Assembly (NCBI GenBank): GCA_903936705.1
Contig: CAIZWN010000073.1
Coordinates: 26,061 to 90,060 of the forward strand
Length of the DNA: 64,000 nt
Direction of reading: 5' to 3'
Source of the DNA: an uncultured Myxococcales bacterium
GTDB lineage: Bacteria; Myxococcota_A; UBA9042; DTJE01
Below are positions 39,908-47,959 of this stretch, in pieces (the first letter of the stretch is position 1; every line of letters begins with the position of its first letter). The position numbers and the translations under genes are program-made. The notes under the pieces are model-generated. The model was not told where the DNA came from. It was given only the letters and a program-made list of their open reading frames with translations, and ran no database searches.

Positions 39908-40261
39908 ATGACGGAACTGGATCATGTCCTGGCCAGGTTGAGAACCTTCGTGGCGGAACGCGATTGGGACCAGTTTCATGACCCTAAGAATCTCACGATG
40001 GCGGTCGCGTCCGAAGCTGGCGAATTGAGCGCCTTGCTCCGGTGGGTGCGAGGCGAGGATTCTGACGCGTTCGTGCGATTGCCTGAAAACCGCCGAGCGG
40101 TCGAGGACGAGGTGGCCGACGTGGGGATCTGTTTGCTGCTGTTGTGCGAACGCGCCAGTATTTCCCTGCCGGACGCGATGATGCGCAAGATCGAGGCGAA
40201 CGAGCGAAAATACCCGGTCGAACAGGCGAAGGGGCGAGCTGAGAAACCGGTTCAGAGGTGA
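39908..40261 (+). CDS. MazG-like nucleotide pyrophosphohydrolase (single-domain, 117 aa)
   Basis: The motifs RDWDQFH...EAGEL and EDEVADV..CLLLL match the MazG/NTP-PPase all-alpha fold EE/E..D metal motifs. GGGAGG lies 7 nt before the ATG. Confidence 0.7.
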   Translation: MTELDHVLARLRTFVAERDWDQFHDPKNLTMAVASEAGELSALLRWVRGEDSDAFVRLPENRRAVEDEVADVGICLLLLCERASISLPDAMMRKIEANERKYPVEQAKGRAEKPVQR

Positions 40262-40331
40262 TTGAACGGTGATGTTTCAGAAGGGAGTGGAAGCATTCCC
40301 GGTGAAGTTGCTGGCTGTTTTGGAGGAACTT

Positions 40332-40865
40332 ATGCTGGTTCGTGTAGGGTTCGCGATCCTGTTGGGAGCGGCGCTTTGGGGTTGCGATGCCGTAAACGGG
40401 ACGGGCGATTTGCCGGATGCCGCGGACGTGCCGGTGGACAGTGCCGATACCGCCGACGTTGCATTGCCCCCGGGTTGCTGCCGGGTCGATTCCGATTGTT
40501 CCGCGGTGGCGGGTGAGGGCAGGACCTGCGCCTTCGGGGCCTTTTCCGGGGCGGGTGAGGCAGGGGCCTGCAGGGCGATCCCGGCGACTGGCCGTTGCTG
40601 GGACGACGGAGACTGCCTGGTAAACGAGGGTTGCAAGGGAGCTTCCTTCTGTCCCTGCGACGAGGGCTGCGGCCAGGCCGAGGCTTTGGGTACCTGCAAG
40701 CCCCTGGCCGGTCCAGGCGAATCCTGCGGTTCAGAAGGCGCCAACTGCCGCCCCGACCTGGCGTGCTGCTATCCTTGCGGTGAGGGAGGCTGCGACTGGC
40801 AATGCGACGTGCCCTGCGACGCGACGAAACCCGGCTGTCTTGATGGGTGCATGCAGTACCCGTGA
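40332..40865 (+). CDS. Small cysteine-rich lipoprotein (177 aa)
   Basis: The lipobox is ALWGC. About 26 Cys are present. GGAGGA lies 4 nt before the ATG at 40332. Confidence 0.5.
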   Translation: MLVRVGFAILLGAALWGCDAVNGTGDLPDAADVPVDSADTADVALPPGCCRVDSDCSAVAGEGRTCAFGAFSGAGEAGACRAIPATGRCWDDGDCLVNEGCKGASFCPCDEGCGQAEALGTCKPLAGPGESCGSEGANCRPDLACCYPCGEGGCDWQCDVPCDATKPGCLDGCMQYP

Positions 40866-40987
40866 TGCACCGAAGTTGCTGACCCGTATTCCGCGGGTTG
40901 CCCCGCAAACTTCTGGACCATGTCGCGCCGATCGATTTCAAATCGTCCTAGGCTGGCGCAGGTGGAATCGCTATTCTTGGGCGTCGT

Positions 40988-42328
40988 TTGTCGAGAATGG
41001 GGATGTTGCGATTCGCCCTGCCCCTGCTGATCTCGGTCATGCTGTCCGCCCTCGCGGCCTGCACTGGGGCGAGCAGTGACGCGCCTGCCGACGCTGACAT
41101 CGACGTCGTCGTGGACGTTTCGGCCGACCTTCCGGCCGACGCTTCAGCCGACCTTCCGGCTGACGTTCCAGCGGACGTTCCGGCCGACGTTCCAGCCGAC
41201 GCGGATCTCGGGGGCGTTGCAGACGTGCCGGACCACCTTCCGACCGACGTTCCCGTCGATACCGGACGCGACCTGCCGGAGCTGCCACCTTTCCTTGAAA
41301 CCGGTCTCGTCGCACCCCTGGACGCGATCCCATGCACCACGGCGGACGGCGCTCCCACAAACGCGTGCAACCACCATGGGTCGTCTGTGGCCGTGATGGC
41401 CGACGGCACGGTCCTGGCCGTGTGGTACACGGGCCTCGGGGAATATTCGCCGGACTCGCGGATCGTATGGTCCCGGAAGGCGCCCGGTCAGGAGTGGACG
41501 CCCTGGGCCGTTCTGGTCGACGAACTCACCGTTCCCGAGGGCAACCCGGTCATCTGGGTCGATGACCTAACGGGCGAACTGTGGCTGTTCTACATCCGCG
41601 TCGTCGGTACGTCATGGAACGACGGGCAGGTAATGATGCGCCGCAGCACTGACGGCGGTCAGACGTGGTCTTCGCCAACGACCCTGCGCCAGGACCTCCA
41701 GTGGATGACCCGGAACCACCCGTTGCGGCTGTCCGACGGCGAGGTCCTGCTGCCTTGTTACAACGAAACGTTTTTCGTGCCCAGTTGGCTGGCCAGCCGG
41801 GACGGCTTCACGTCGACGTGGGAGGAAATCACGCCGCCCGACGAGACCTTCCCATACTACCTGGGCCAGATTCAGCCGTCGATCATCCAGCGGCCCGACG
41901 ACAGCTTGTTCGCCACGATGCGCAACGGCAACGTGTTGTTCGAGGGCCATGCCATCGAGGTCACGTCCACTGACAATGGCCGAACCTGGTCGGAGGCGGT
42001 CGCCAGCCCAATCCCGAACCCCGGCGCGGCCATGGACATGACCCGCCTGGCCAGCGGCGCCGTGATGGCCGTGTTCGACAACAGTCCGAACAGCCGGGTC
42101 CCGCTGGCCGTGGCCCTGTCGGACGACGACGGAAGGACGTGGAGCGCGGTGGCGAACGTCGTGACCGTTTGCGGGGACGGCGAGTGCTCGTACCCATCAC
42201 TTGCGGCCGATCCAACCGACGGCTCGGCATGGATCACCTACACCCACGCTCGCCAGACGATCGGCTGGGTTCACGTCAGCGAGGCCTGGGTTCGGCAGAA
42301 GGGGGACGTGTTCGCGCCGATCCCGTGA
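40988..42328 (+). CDS. BNR/Asp-box repeat exo-alpha-sialidase-like lipoprotein with an N-terminal (A/V)D(L/V)PAD repeat linker
   Basis: The lipobox is LAAC. The Asp-boxes are STDGGQTWS, STDNGRTWS and SDDDGRTWS. Confidence 0.7.
   Translation: MSRMGMLRFALPLLISVMLSALAACTGASSDAPADADIDVVVDVSADLPADASADLPADVPADVPADVPADADLGGVADVPDHLPTDVPVDTGRDLPELPPFLETGLVAPLDAIPCTTADGAPTNACNHHGSSVAVMADGTVLAVWYTGLGEYSPDSRIVWSRKAPGQEWTPWAVLVDELTVPEGNPVIWVDDLTGELWLFYIRVVGTSWNDGQVMMRRSTDGGQTWSSPTTLRQDLQWMTRNHPLRLSDGEVLLPCYNETFFVPSWLASRDGFTSTWEEITPPDETFPYYLGQIQPSIIQRPDDSLFATMRNGNVLFEGHAIEVTSTDNGRTWSEAVASPIPNPGAAMDMTRLASGAVMAVFDNSPNSRVPLAVALSDDDGRTWSAVANVVTVCGDGECSYPSLAADPTDGSAWITYTHARQTIGWVHVSEAWVRQKGDVFAPIP
41120..41205 (+). 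repeat. 12-nt periodic repeat encoding ADLPADASADLPADVPADVPADVPADA within the sialidase-like gene
   Basis: Seen directly. Confidence 0.6.
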
Positions 42329-42382
42329 CGACCGCACCTACCCGTGACCGCCCGCACCTACCCGTGCCCGCTGATTTCGCCA

Positions 42383-43765
42383 TCAGAACGTGTACGACAG
42401 CGCCCAGCACAGCAGGAACACCACAGGCGTGTGGACCATCAGTTGCAGGATGGAAAAGCCCGCCAGTTCGCGGGCTCGGACGTTCAGCAGACCCATCAGG
42501 GGCAGCATCCAGAACGGATTGATCAGGTTAGGGAGTGCCTCGGCGGCGTTGTAGATCTGGACGACCCAGCCTGCGTCCACGCCGTGGGCATTCGCAGCGG
42601 TCATCAAATATGGCGCCTCGATGACCCACTTGCCGCCGCCCGACGGGACGAACATGCCCAGGACCGCCGAGTAGGCGGCCGTGAACAGCGGGAACGTGTC
42701 CCGGGTGGTTACCGCGGTGAACGCCCCGGCCAGCGTGGCCGACAGGGCGGTCCCGGTCAGGATCCCGAAGACGCCGCCGTAGAACGGGAACTGGACCAGG
42801 ACCCCACCAGTGGCCGGGATGGCGCCCGACACCGCTCTCAGGAACGACCGCGGCCGCCCGTGCAACACCAGACCCAGCATCAGGAAACCCAGGTTGTAGG
42901 TGTTCAGGTCCAGCGCCGCCATGCCGCCCTTGTCCATGAAGACCACGACGAGGTATGCGATGCCCAGTGCCGCGACGGCCAGGGCCAGGAAGGGGCTGGT
43001 TTCCAGGCGCTCCCCGGGCGTCGTGGGGCGGTCCACAGCGACCGTCGGTGGTTCCAACCTGACGCCCAGGTCGGACGCGGTGCGGATGCGGGCTTCGGCG
43101 GGGTATGACAACCACGCGACCACCACCGACACGACCAGCAACGTCACGATCAGCACCAGGTTCTGCCACAGAAACAGGGTTCGGGTCAGCGGCAGGACTC
43201 CGGTCACATCCTTGAGTGCGGCGGGCAGGGATTCGGGTGTGGCCATCATCAGGGCGGCCGAGGACGACAATCCCAGGGCCCAGATGCTGCCCAGGCCCAG
43301 GTATGCCGCGGCTGCCAGCGCACGGAAGTCCACGCGCCGCTGACGGGCGGCCAGTTCCTTCACCAGCAGGCCGCTGAAGATCAGCGAAAAACCCCACGAC
43401 AGCAGGGAGGCCAGCATGGCGAAGAGGGCGGTGAAGGCCACGGCGCCCCGGGGCGTGCTGGGAATCCGGGCAATCTGGCGAATCAGCCAATGCACGGGGG
43501 GCGACACCGCGACCACATAGCCGCCGACGATGACCATGGCCATCTGCATCGTGAAGGGGACCAGCGACCAGAAGCCCTTGCCGAAGGCTTCAGCCATGTC
43601 GATTGGACCCGCGCCCACGGCCAGCCCGCCACAGAAAACGATGACCACCGCGGCCAGCGCGAACACGAAGGCGTCGGGAAACCAGCGTTCGCTCCAGTCG
43701 GCCAGGCCGGCGCCCCAGCGCGAAAGCAAGCCGTCCGAAGGCGCCGTGTGTGCGTGTTTTGTCAT
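42383..43765 (-). CDS. atoE: Short-chain fatty acid transporter (AtoE family)
   Basis: It is a 460-aa polytopic membrane protein whose N-terminal and overall pattern matches AtoE/TIGR00366. The start is set at MTKHAH. Confidence 0.7.
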   Translation of the reverse strand: MTKHAHTAPSDGLLSRWGAGLADWSERWFPDAFVFALAAVVIVFCGGLAVGAGPIDMAEAFGKGFWSLVPFTMQMAMVIVGGYVVAVSPPVHWLIRQIARIPSTPRGAVAFTALFAMLASLLSWGFSLIFSGLLVKELAARQRRVDFRALAAAAYLGLGSIWALGLSSSAALMMATPESLPAALKDVTGVLPLTRTLFLWQNLVLIVTLLVVSVVVAWLSYPAEARIRTASDLGVRLEPPTVAVDRPTTPGERLETSPFLALAVAALGIAYLVVVFMDKGGMAALDLNTYNLGFLMLGLVLHGRPRSFLRAVSGAIPATGGVLVQFPFYGGVFGILTGTALSATLAGAFTAVTTRDTFPLFTAAYSAVLGMFVPSGGGKWVIEAPYLMTAANAHGVDAGWVVQIYNAAEALPNLINPFWMLPLMGLLNVRARELAGFSILQLMVHTPVVFLLCWALSYTF

Positions 43766-43866
43766 GGGCAGGTTATACCACCGCACAAAAGTGGCGGCCA
43801 AGGGGCGGGCGGGGGAGGGATCATGCCTTTATGGCTGCCACCATGGTCCCCTTTTCAATAGTCAGT

Positions 43867-44445
43867 TCAATTCAGACTGGCCCGTCGCAGCAGTTCTTCA
43901 ATGCTGAGGAGTTTGTCCGGATAAAGCTTGTTCCATGTCAATGCAAACGACTGCGCATGAAGCCGAAAAGAGCCCAGGGCTCTGGGCAGGGTCTCGATGA
44001 AGCCATCAACGAACCGATCGCGGTCGAAGCCATCAAGCTTGACCAATCTGAAGATATCCTCGCTGTCCTTCGCCCCCATCCGAAACATCTTCATTATCGC
44101 AAGGTCCTCGGGACATGGAACGGACACATGAAGTCGTCCCTTCGGTCCCTGATAAACCTTCCTGGCATGCTCCAGCCAGTCCTCCGGAAGAAACGCATCG
44201 AAAATTGCGGACCGCAAATTGATGTCAATCGGGGGTCGTCTTGCGCTGGCGATGGTCCGCATCACCAACAGCCCATCCTGGGTCAGTGTATCAATGTCGC
44301 GGGTTGGGTGAGGCTTGTCGGGGCAAAGCAACTGAACCGCTGCCCCCCCTACGAATACGACGTGCGCTTCGGTTTTCAACGTCTTGTCGACCATCCGTAG
44401 GAAATCCTTCAGTTCCCTGAGTGATAGTTGCGCCCACTCCAACAT
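43867..44445 (-). CDS. Nucleotidyltransferase-fold protein (GG...DxD), possible toxin/antitoxin-type NTase; the start overlaps the upstream ORF
   Basis: HVVFVGGAAVQLL......TRDIDTL fits the minimal NTase motif hG[GS]x(9-13)DxD. Confidence 0.4.
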   Translation of the reverse strand: MLEWAQLSLRELKDFLRMVDKTLKTEAHVVFVGGAAVQLLCPDKPHPTRDIDTLTQDGLLVMRTIASARRPPIDINLRSAIFDAFLPEDWLEHARKVYQGPKGRLHVSVPCPEDLAIMKMFRMGAKDSEDIFRLVKLDGFDRDRFVDGFIETLPRALGSFRLHAQSFALTWNKLYPDKLLSIEELLRRASLN

Positions 44446-45025
44446 TGCGAAGATGCCTCCTAAAAAGGTCGGTGCTAAAGCTGCCGAAGACCCTGTGCCT
44501 GCATAGTGGCTCAGGTGTGGATGCTACCGATCGTTCAACGTCGGCCAATGGCCCTCCAAAGAAGAATCCCTGGTAAGGATCCTCAGTTTGACCCCAGGAT
44601 TCAGCAAGCCTGCCCAAGTTGTCGTTGGAGGTCAGTTCTGCTGCCATTGCGGCGGCGGCGGCCAGCAAACGCATCTCCAGGTCGGACTTGCAGCGCAACC
44701 GCGCCAGGGAAGTCGGATCGAGCGCGGCCAAGGCGGCAGGGAGAACCTCAAAGGCGCGTGCATCCTTCTCAGCGGCAGCTCGGTGCACGAGTGCCAGTAC
44801 TTCGGCAATTTGGGCTGTCGGATCATCCTCGCGTGGCAAGAGATCGGTTGGGTCAACCTCGATGGCCCGGGCAACCTTTCGGACTCCTTGGCTTAGTGGG
44901 TCGAAGTCGGTTTGGAGCATCTTGTAGATGGCCTGACGGGAAAGTCCCGTTCGTTCGGCCAAGTCCAGGACGCTGAGTTGTCGGCTCTCCATCAACTCTT
45001 GCAGCCGAACCGAGAACCCGCTCAT
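44291..45025 (-). CDS. XRE-family HTH transcriptional regulator; the C-terminal 60 codons overlap the next ORF and look non-coding (possible frameshift or fusion)
   Basis: The HTH is LSVLDLAERTGLSRQAIYKML. GGAGGTG lies 4 nt before the ATG at 45025. Confidence 0.5.
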   Translation of the reverse strand: MSGFSVRLQELMESRQLSVLDLAERTGLSRQAIYKMLQTDFDPLSQGVRKVARAIEVDPTDLLPREDDPTAQIAEVLALVHRAAAEKDARAFEVLPAALAALDPTSLARLRCKSDLEMRLLAAAAAMAAELTSNDNLGRLAESWGQTEDPYQGFFFGGPLADVERSVASTPEPLCRHRVFGSFSTDLFRRHLRNVGVGATITQGTEGFPTDGRQDVENRSARRIRRGGSGSVALPRQASPNPRH

Positions 45026-45066
45026 GGAACACCTCCAGACAAATCATGACAATCAGACGTGGAGAT

Positions 45067-45085
45067 GTCAACCGATAGTTGACAA
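45067..45085. promoter_or_regulatory. Perfect palindrome TGTCAAC-N5-GTTGACA plus extra TTGTCA half-sites 40-70 nt upstream of the XRE gene; autoregulatory operator candidate overlapping a TTGACA -35
   Basis: Seen directly. Additional TTGTCA copies lie at about 45049 and 45095. Confidence 0.45.
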
Positions 45086-45202
45086 AAAAGATGACAAGCA
45101 GTCTTTCGGCGATTGCGGCAGCATCGGGCGCAATTGCCGGTGTCGGCCCTTCCTGATCGGCAGTCGCCACAGGGTTTCATGGTCACCGTGCGGCCATCCG
45201 AA

Positions 45203-46816
45203 TCAGCGGACGCATGCCATGTGAAGGTCCTGGTATCGCAGAGTTTCGGCCACCTCGGATTCGGTCCGTGCCTGGTCCCATCCCAGTTCCGCGGCCATGA
45301 TCGCGGCTGCCTTCCGGGCGGCGGGTTCCAGCCGGTCTCCCAGCAGGAAGAATATCGGGGTTCTCCGGCACATGGCATCGATCAACGTCAGGGCCATCTC
45401 CTCGCGGGCGGCCCAGGCGATCTCCAGACCGGTGCAAGGCCACTTTGGGTCAAGCCGTTGCGCCAGGATCGGGGCGTCTGTACCCAGGTCCAGCAGGGTG
45501 TCTGACTTCGCACCATAAGTGCAGACGAGGTGTCGCGCGATGTCCTCGGGAAGCCCCCGTCCGGACTTCAGCCTGGCAATCGCGCCTTCGCGAGAGGCTT
45601 CGTCCAGCACGTTCCCTCGGTAGGGCAGTGGTGTGTGTCCCGTGGTCGATGTCGGCAGATCGCGGCCCAGGTACGTCTTGACAGCCTCCAGGCACTCCTG
45701 GGCCATCAGGCGGTAGGTGGTGAGTTTGCCCCCGGCGATCGTCACGATGCCGCGCGGATCGACGTGGATGTGGTGTTCACGCGACACCTGGCTTTCGGCC
45801 ACGCCTTCGTTGCGCAGCAGGGGCCGCAGCCCGGCCCAGGTTCCGATCACGTCCTTGGCGGTCGCCTTCATCTGCGGGAAATTGTGTCGGACAGCCGTCA
45901 GCAGGTACTCCACGTCCTCGCGGGACGCAAAGACGTTCGCAAGATCCCCGTCGTAGTCCGTGTCGGTGGTTCCGATCACAGTGGCCTTGTGCCAGGGGAT
46001 GATGAACATCGCCCGGCCGTCCTGGGGAGCCTTCATCACTACTGCGGTGGAGAACGGAGCGGTGTCGTACGGCACGACGATATGGGAACCCTTGGTGGGA
46101 CGCAGCCTCGAACCGTTCTTCAAACCCAGCGCAGCCTGAGCTGTTTCGGTCCACGGACCGGCCGCGCAGATGACCGCCTTGGTTTTCACGACAAGCGTCC
46201 GGTCGTTCAGCAGGTCCTTCACCGTTACGGATGCAACGCGCCCGTTCAGGAATTGCGTTCCTTCGGCCTTCGCCCGGCTCAACGCCACTGCGCCCGCCTG
46301 CACTCCGGCAAGAACGTTCTCCAGGGTCAACCGCGTGTCGTCGGTCACGGCGTCGTAGTACAGCAGGCCGCCCGTCAGGCCGTCCCGTCGAACCAGCGGT
46401 GCCGTATCCACGACCTTCTTCGGCCCGAAGCGCGAATGGATCCGGTAGACGCCGAACATGCTCAGCGCGTCGTATAGCCACAAGACGACGTTCATCACCC
46501 TGACACCGTGCTTGCTGTCCTTCCACACGGGCATCAGGAAGGCCAGGGGCAGTACCAGGTGCGCGGCCAGGTGCTCCATTTTCACGCGCTCGGTGGTGCT
46601 TTCGTGTACCAGTCCGAACTCGCCGTTCTGCAGGTAACGCAGGCCGCCGTGGACCAGTTTCGAGGATCGCGACGACGTCCCGAAGGCAAAGTCGTCCATT
46701 TCCACCAGGCCGACCTTCAACCCCCGCAGGGCAGCATCCCTGAAGATTCCGGCCCCGGTGATGCCCCCGCCAACCACGATCAGATCGAATGTCTCGGTTT
46801 CCAGACGGGCAGCCAT
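45203..46816 (-). CDS. glpD: Aerobic glycerol-3-phosphate dehydrogenase (FAD-dependent)
   Basis: The FAD motif is FDLIVVGGGITGAG. SSRSSKLVHGGLRYL is the conserved GlpD block. The start is set at MAARLETETFD. Confidence 0.85.
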   Translation of the reverse strand: MAARLETETFDLIVVGGGITGAGIFRDAALRGLKVGLVEMDDFAFGTSSRSSKLVHGGLRYLQNGEFGLVHESTTERVKMEHLAAHLVLPLAFLMPVWKDSKHGVRVMNVVLWLYDALSMFGVYRIHSRFGPKKVVDTAPLVRRDGLTGGLLYYDAVTDDTRLTLENVLAGVQAGAVALSRAKAEGTQFLNGRVASVTVKDLLNDRTLVVKTKAVICAAGPWTETAQAALGLKNGSRLRPTKGSHIVVPYDTAPFSTAVVMKAPQDGRAMFIIPWHKATVIGTTDTDYDGDLANVFASREDVEYLLTAVRHNFPQMKATAKDVIGTWAGLRPLLRNEGVAESQVSREHHIHVDPRGIVTIAGGKLTTYRLMAQECLEAVKTYLGRDLPTSTTGHTPLPYRGNVLDEASREGAIARLKSGRGLPEDIARHLVCTYGAKSDTLLDLGTDAPILAQRLDPKWPCTGLEIAWAAREEMALTLIDAMCRRTPIFFLLGDRLEPAARKAAAIMAAELGWDQARTESEVAETLRYQDLHMACVR

Positions 46817-47213
46817 CGATTCCCGTTCCCGCAGTCCCCACGCCATGGAAAACCCCCAAATCGCTTACGCGCGATTGTAGTACGATGACGCGGTGCGCAA
46901 CAGGGAATCCGGACTCAAATGCAGGCATCCGGGAGGATCTTCAGGATGTTTAGTCCTGCAAAGGCAACACCCGAAAGACGGCCTGATATTTTCGACCGTC
47001 GAACGGTGCCCGCGTCGTGTCGTTGTCGCGCTTCGGTGCCGTCCACCACACCTTGACCGACCTGCCGACCCGCGGGATACTTCGTCCTGGATGGCGATTT
47101 CCTCTGGAATTTCTTTTCGTCAAGAGAACCGCCAAGTGAACGATTGCGAGTCGTCGGCCCGATGGCTGGCGTCATTGGGGGCCAGAGGTTGGGTAGGCTC
47201 GCCGTGATACGGG

Positions 47214-47830
47214 TCTTTATCGCCGACGATCACGAAATCATTCGGGAAGGCGTCAGACGCCTCCTCGACCAGCAGCCCGATCTCGCCTGTTGCGGCGAAG
47301 CGACTGGACTGGACGAGGCGCTGGCCGCCCTGTCGGACTCGCCCGCCGATATAGTGGTGCTCGATATCAACATGCCGGGCGGGGGCCCAGGCGCGGTCCA
47401 GCGTCTGCGGGCCCTGGCGAAGCCGCCACGCGTTGTGGTGTTCACGTTCTACCCCGAGGACTCCCACGCGCTGGCCTTCCTCCGTGCCGGGGCGGGGGCC
47501 TTCGTCAGCAAGGCGAGCCCGATGGTCGAGTTGGTCAATGCCATCCGGAGCGTGCACGCGTACGGGAAATATCGCTCCCCGCACCTGGCCACGTTCATGG
47601 CCCAGCAGAGGCTTGAAGGCCGGACGGCCCCGTCTGACCTGCTGTCCGACCGGGAGCTTGACGTGATTCGGCGGCTGGCCACCGGAAGGCGGGCGACCGA
47701 GATCGCCACCGACCTGTCGGTCTCGCCCAGCACGGTGAACACGTATGTCCGGCGCATCAAGGACAAGCTGGGTGTCCGCACAACCGTCCAGATCGTCGAG
47801 TTCGTCCTTATGAACGGGTTGCTGGGCTGA
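47214..47830 (+). CDS. Two-component response regulator, NarL/FixJ family (REC + LuxR-type HTH)
   Basis: IRVFIADDHEI...D.VVLDINMPGG is the REC domain with the phospho-acceptor Asp. The LuxR HTH is LSDRELDVIRRLATGRRATEIATDLSVSPSTVNTYVRRI. A GTG start at 47214 is inferred. Confidence 0.8.
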
Positions 47831-47845
47831 TGCCCCCGGTTCTGC

Positions 47846-47867
47846 GTCGTCTTTTCGCGACAGACAC
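47846..47867 (+). promoter_or_regulatory. GACAGAC inverted-repeat motif copy (GTCGTCTTTTCGCGACAGACAC), about 93 nt upstream of the 1615-aa lipoprotein gene
   Basis: It lies 17 nt upstream of a TACGAT -10-like hexamer. Confidence 0.4.
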
Positions 47868-47959
47868 CTCGGGTTCAAGCCACTACGATACGTGCGGGTT
47901 CGTGTGTACACCTGCCCACGTTCGCAAAGTGCGCCTACTTGACGACGGGGAGACCTGCC

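Noticed and set aside
44506-44976. Plus-strand ORFs antisense to the XRE-HTH gene (44506..44976, 44588..44896, 44619..44927).
   Set aside because: They overlap an HTH gene with a strong RBS and have no protein-like composition.
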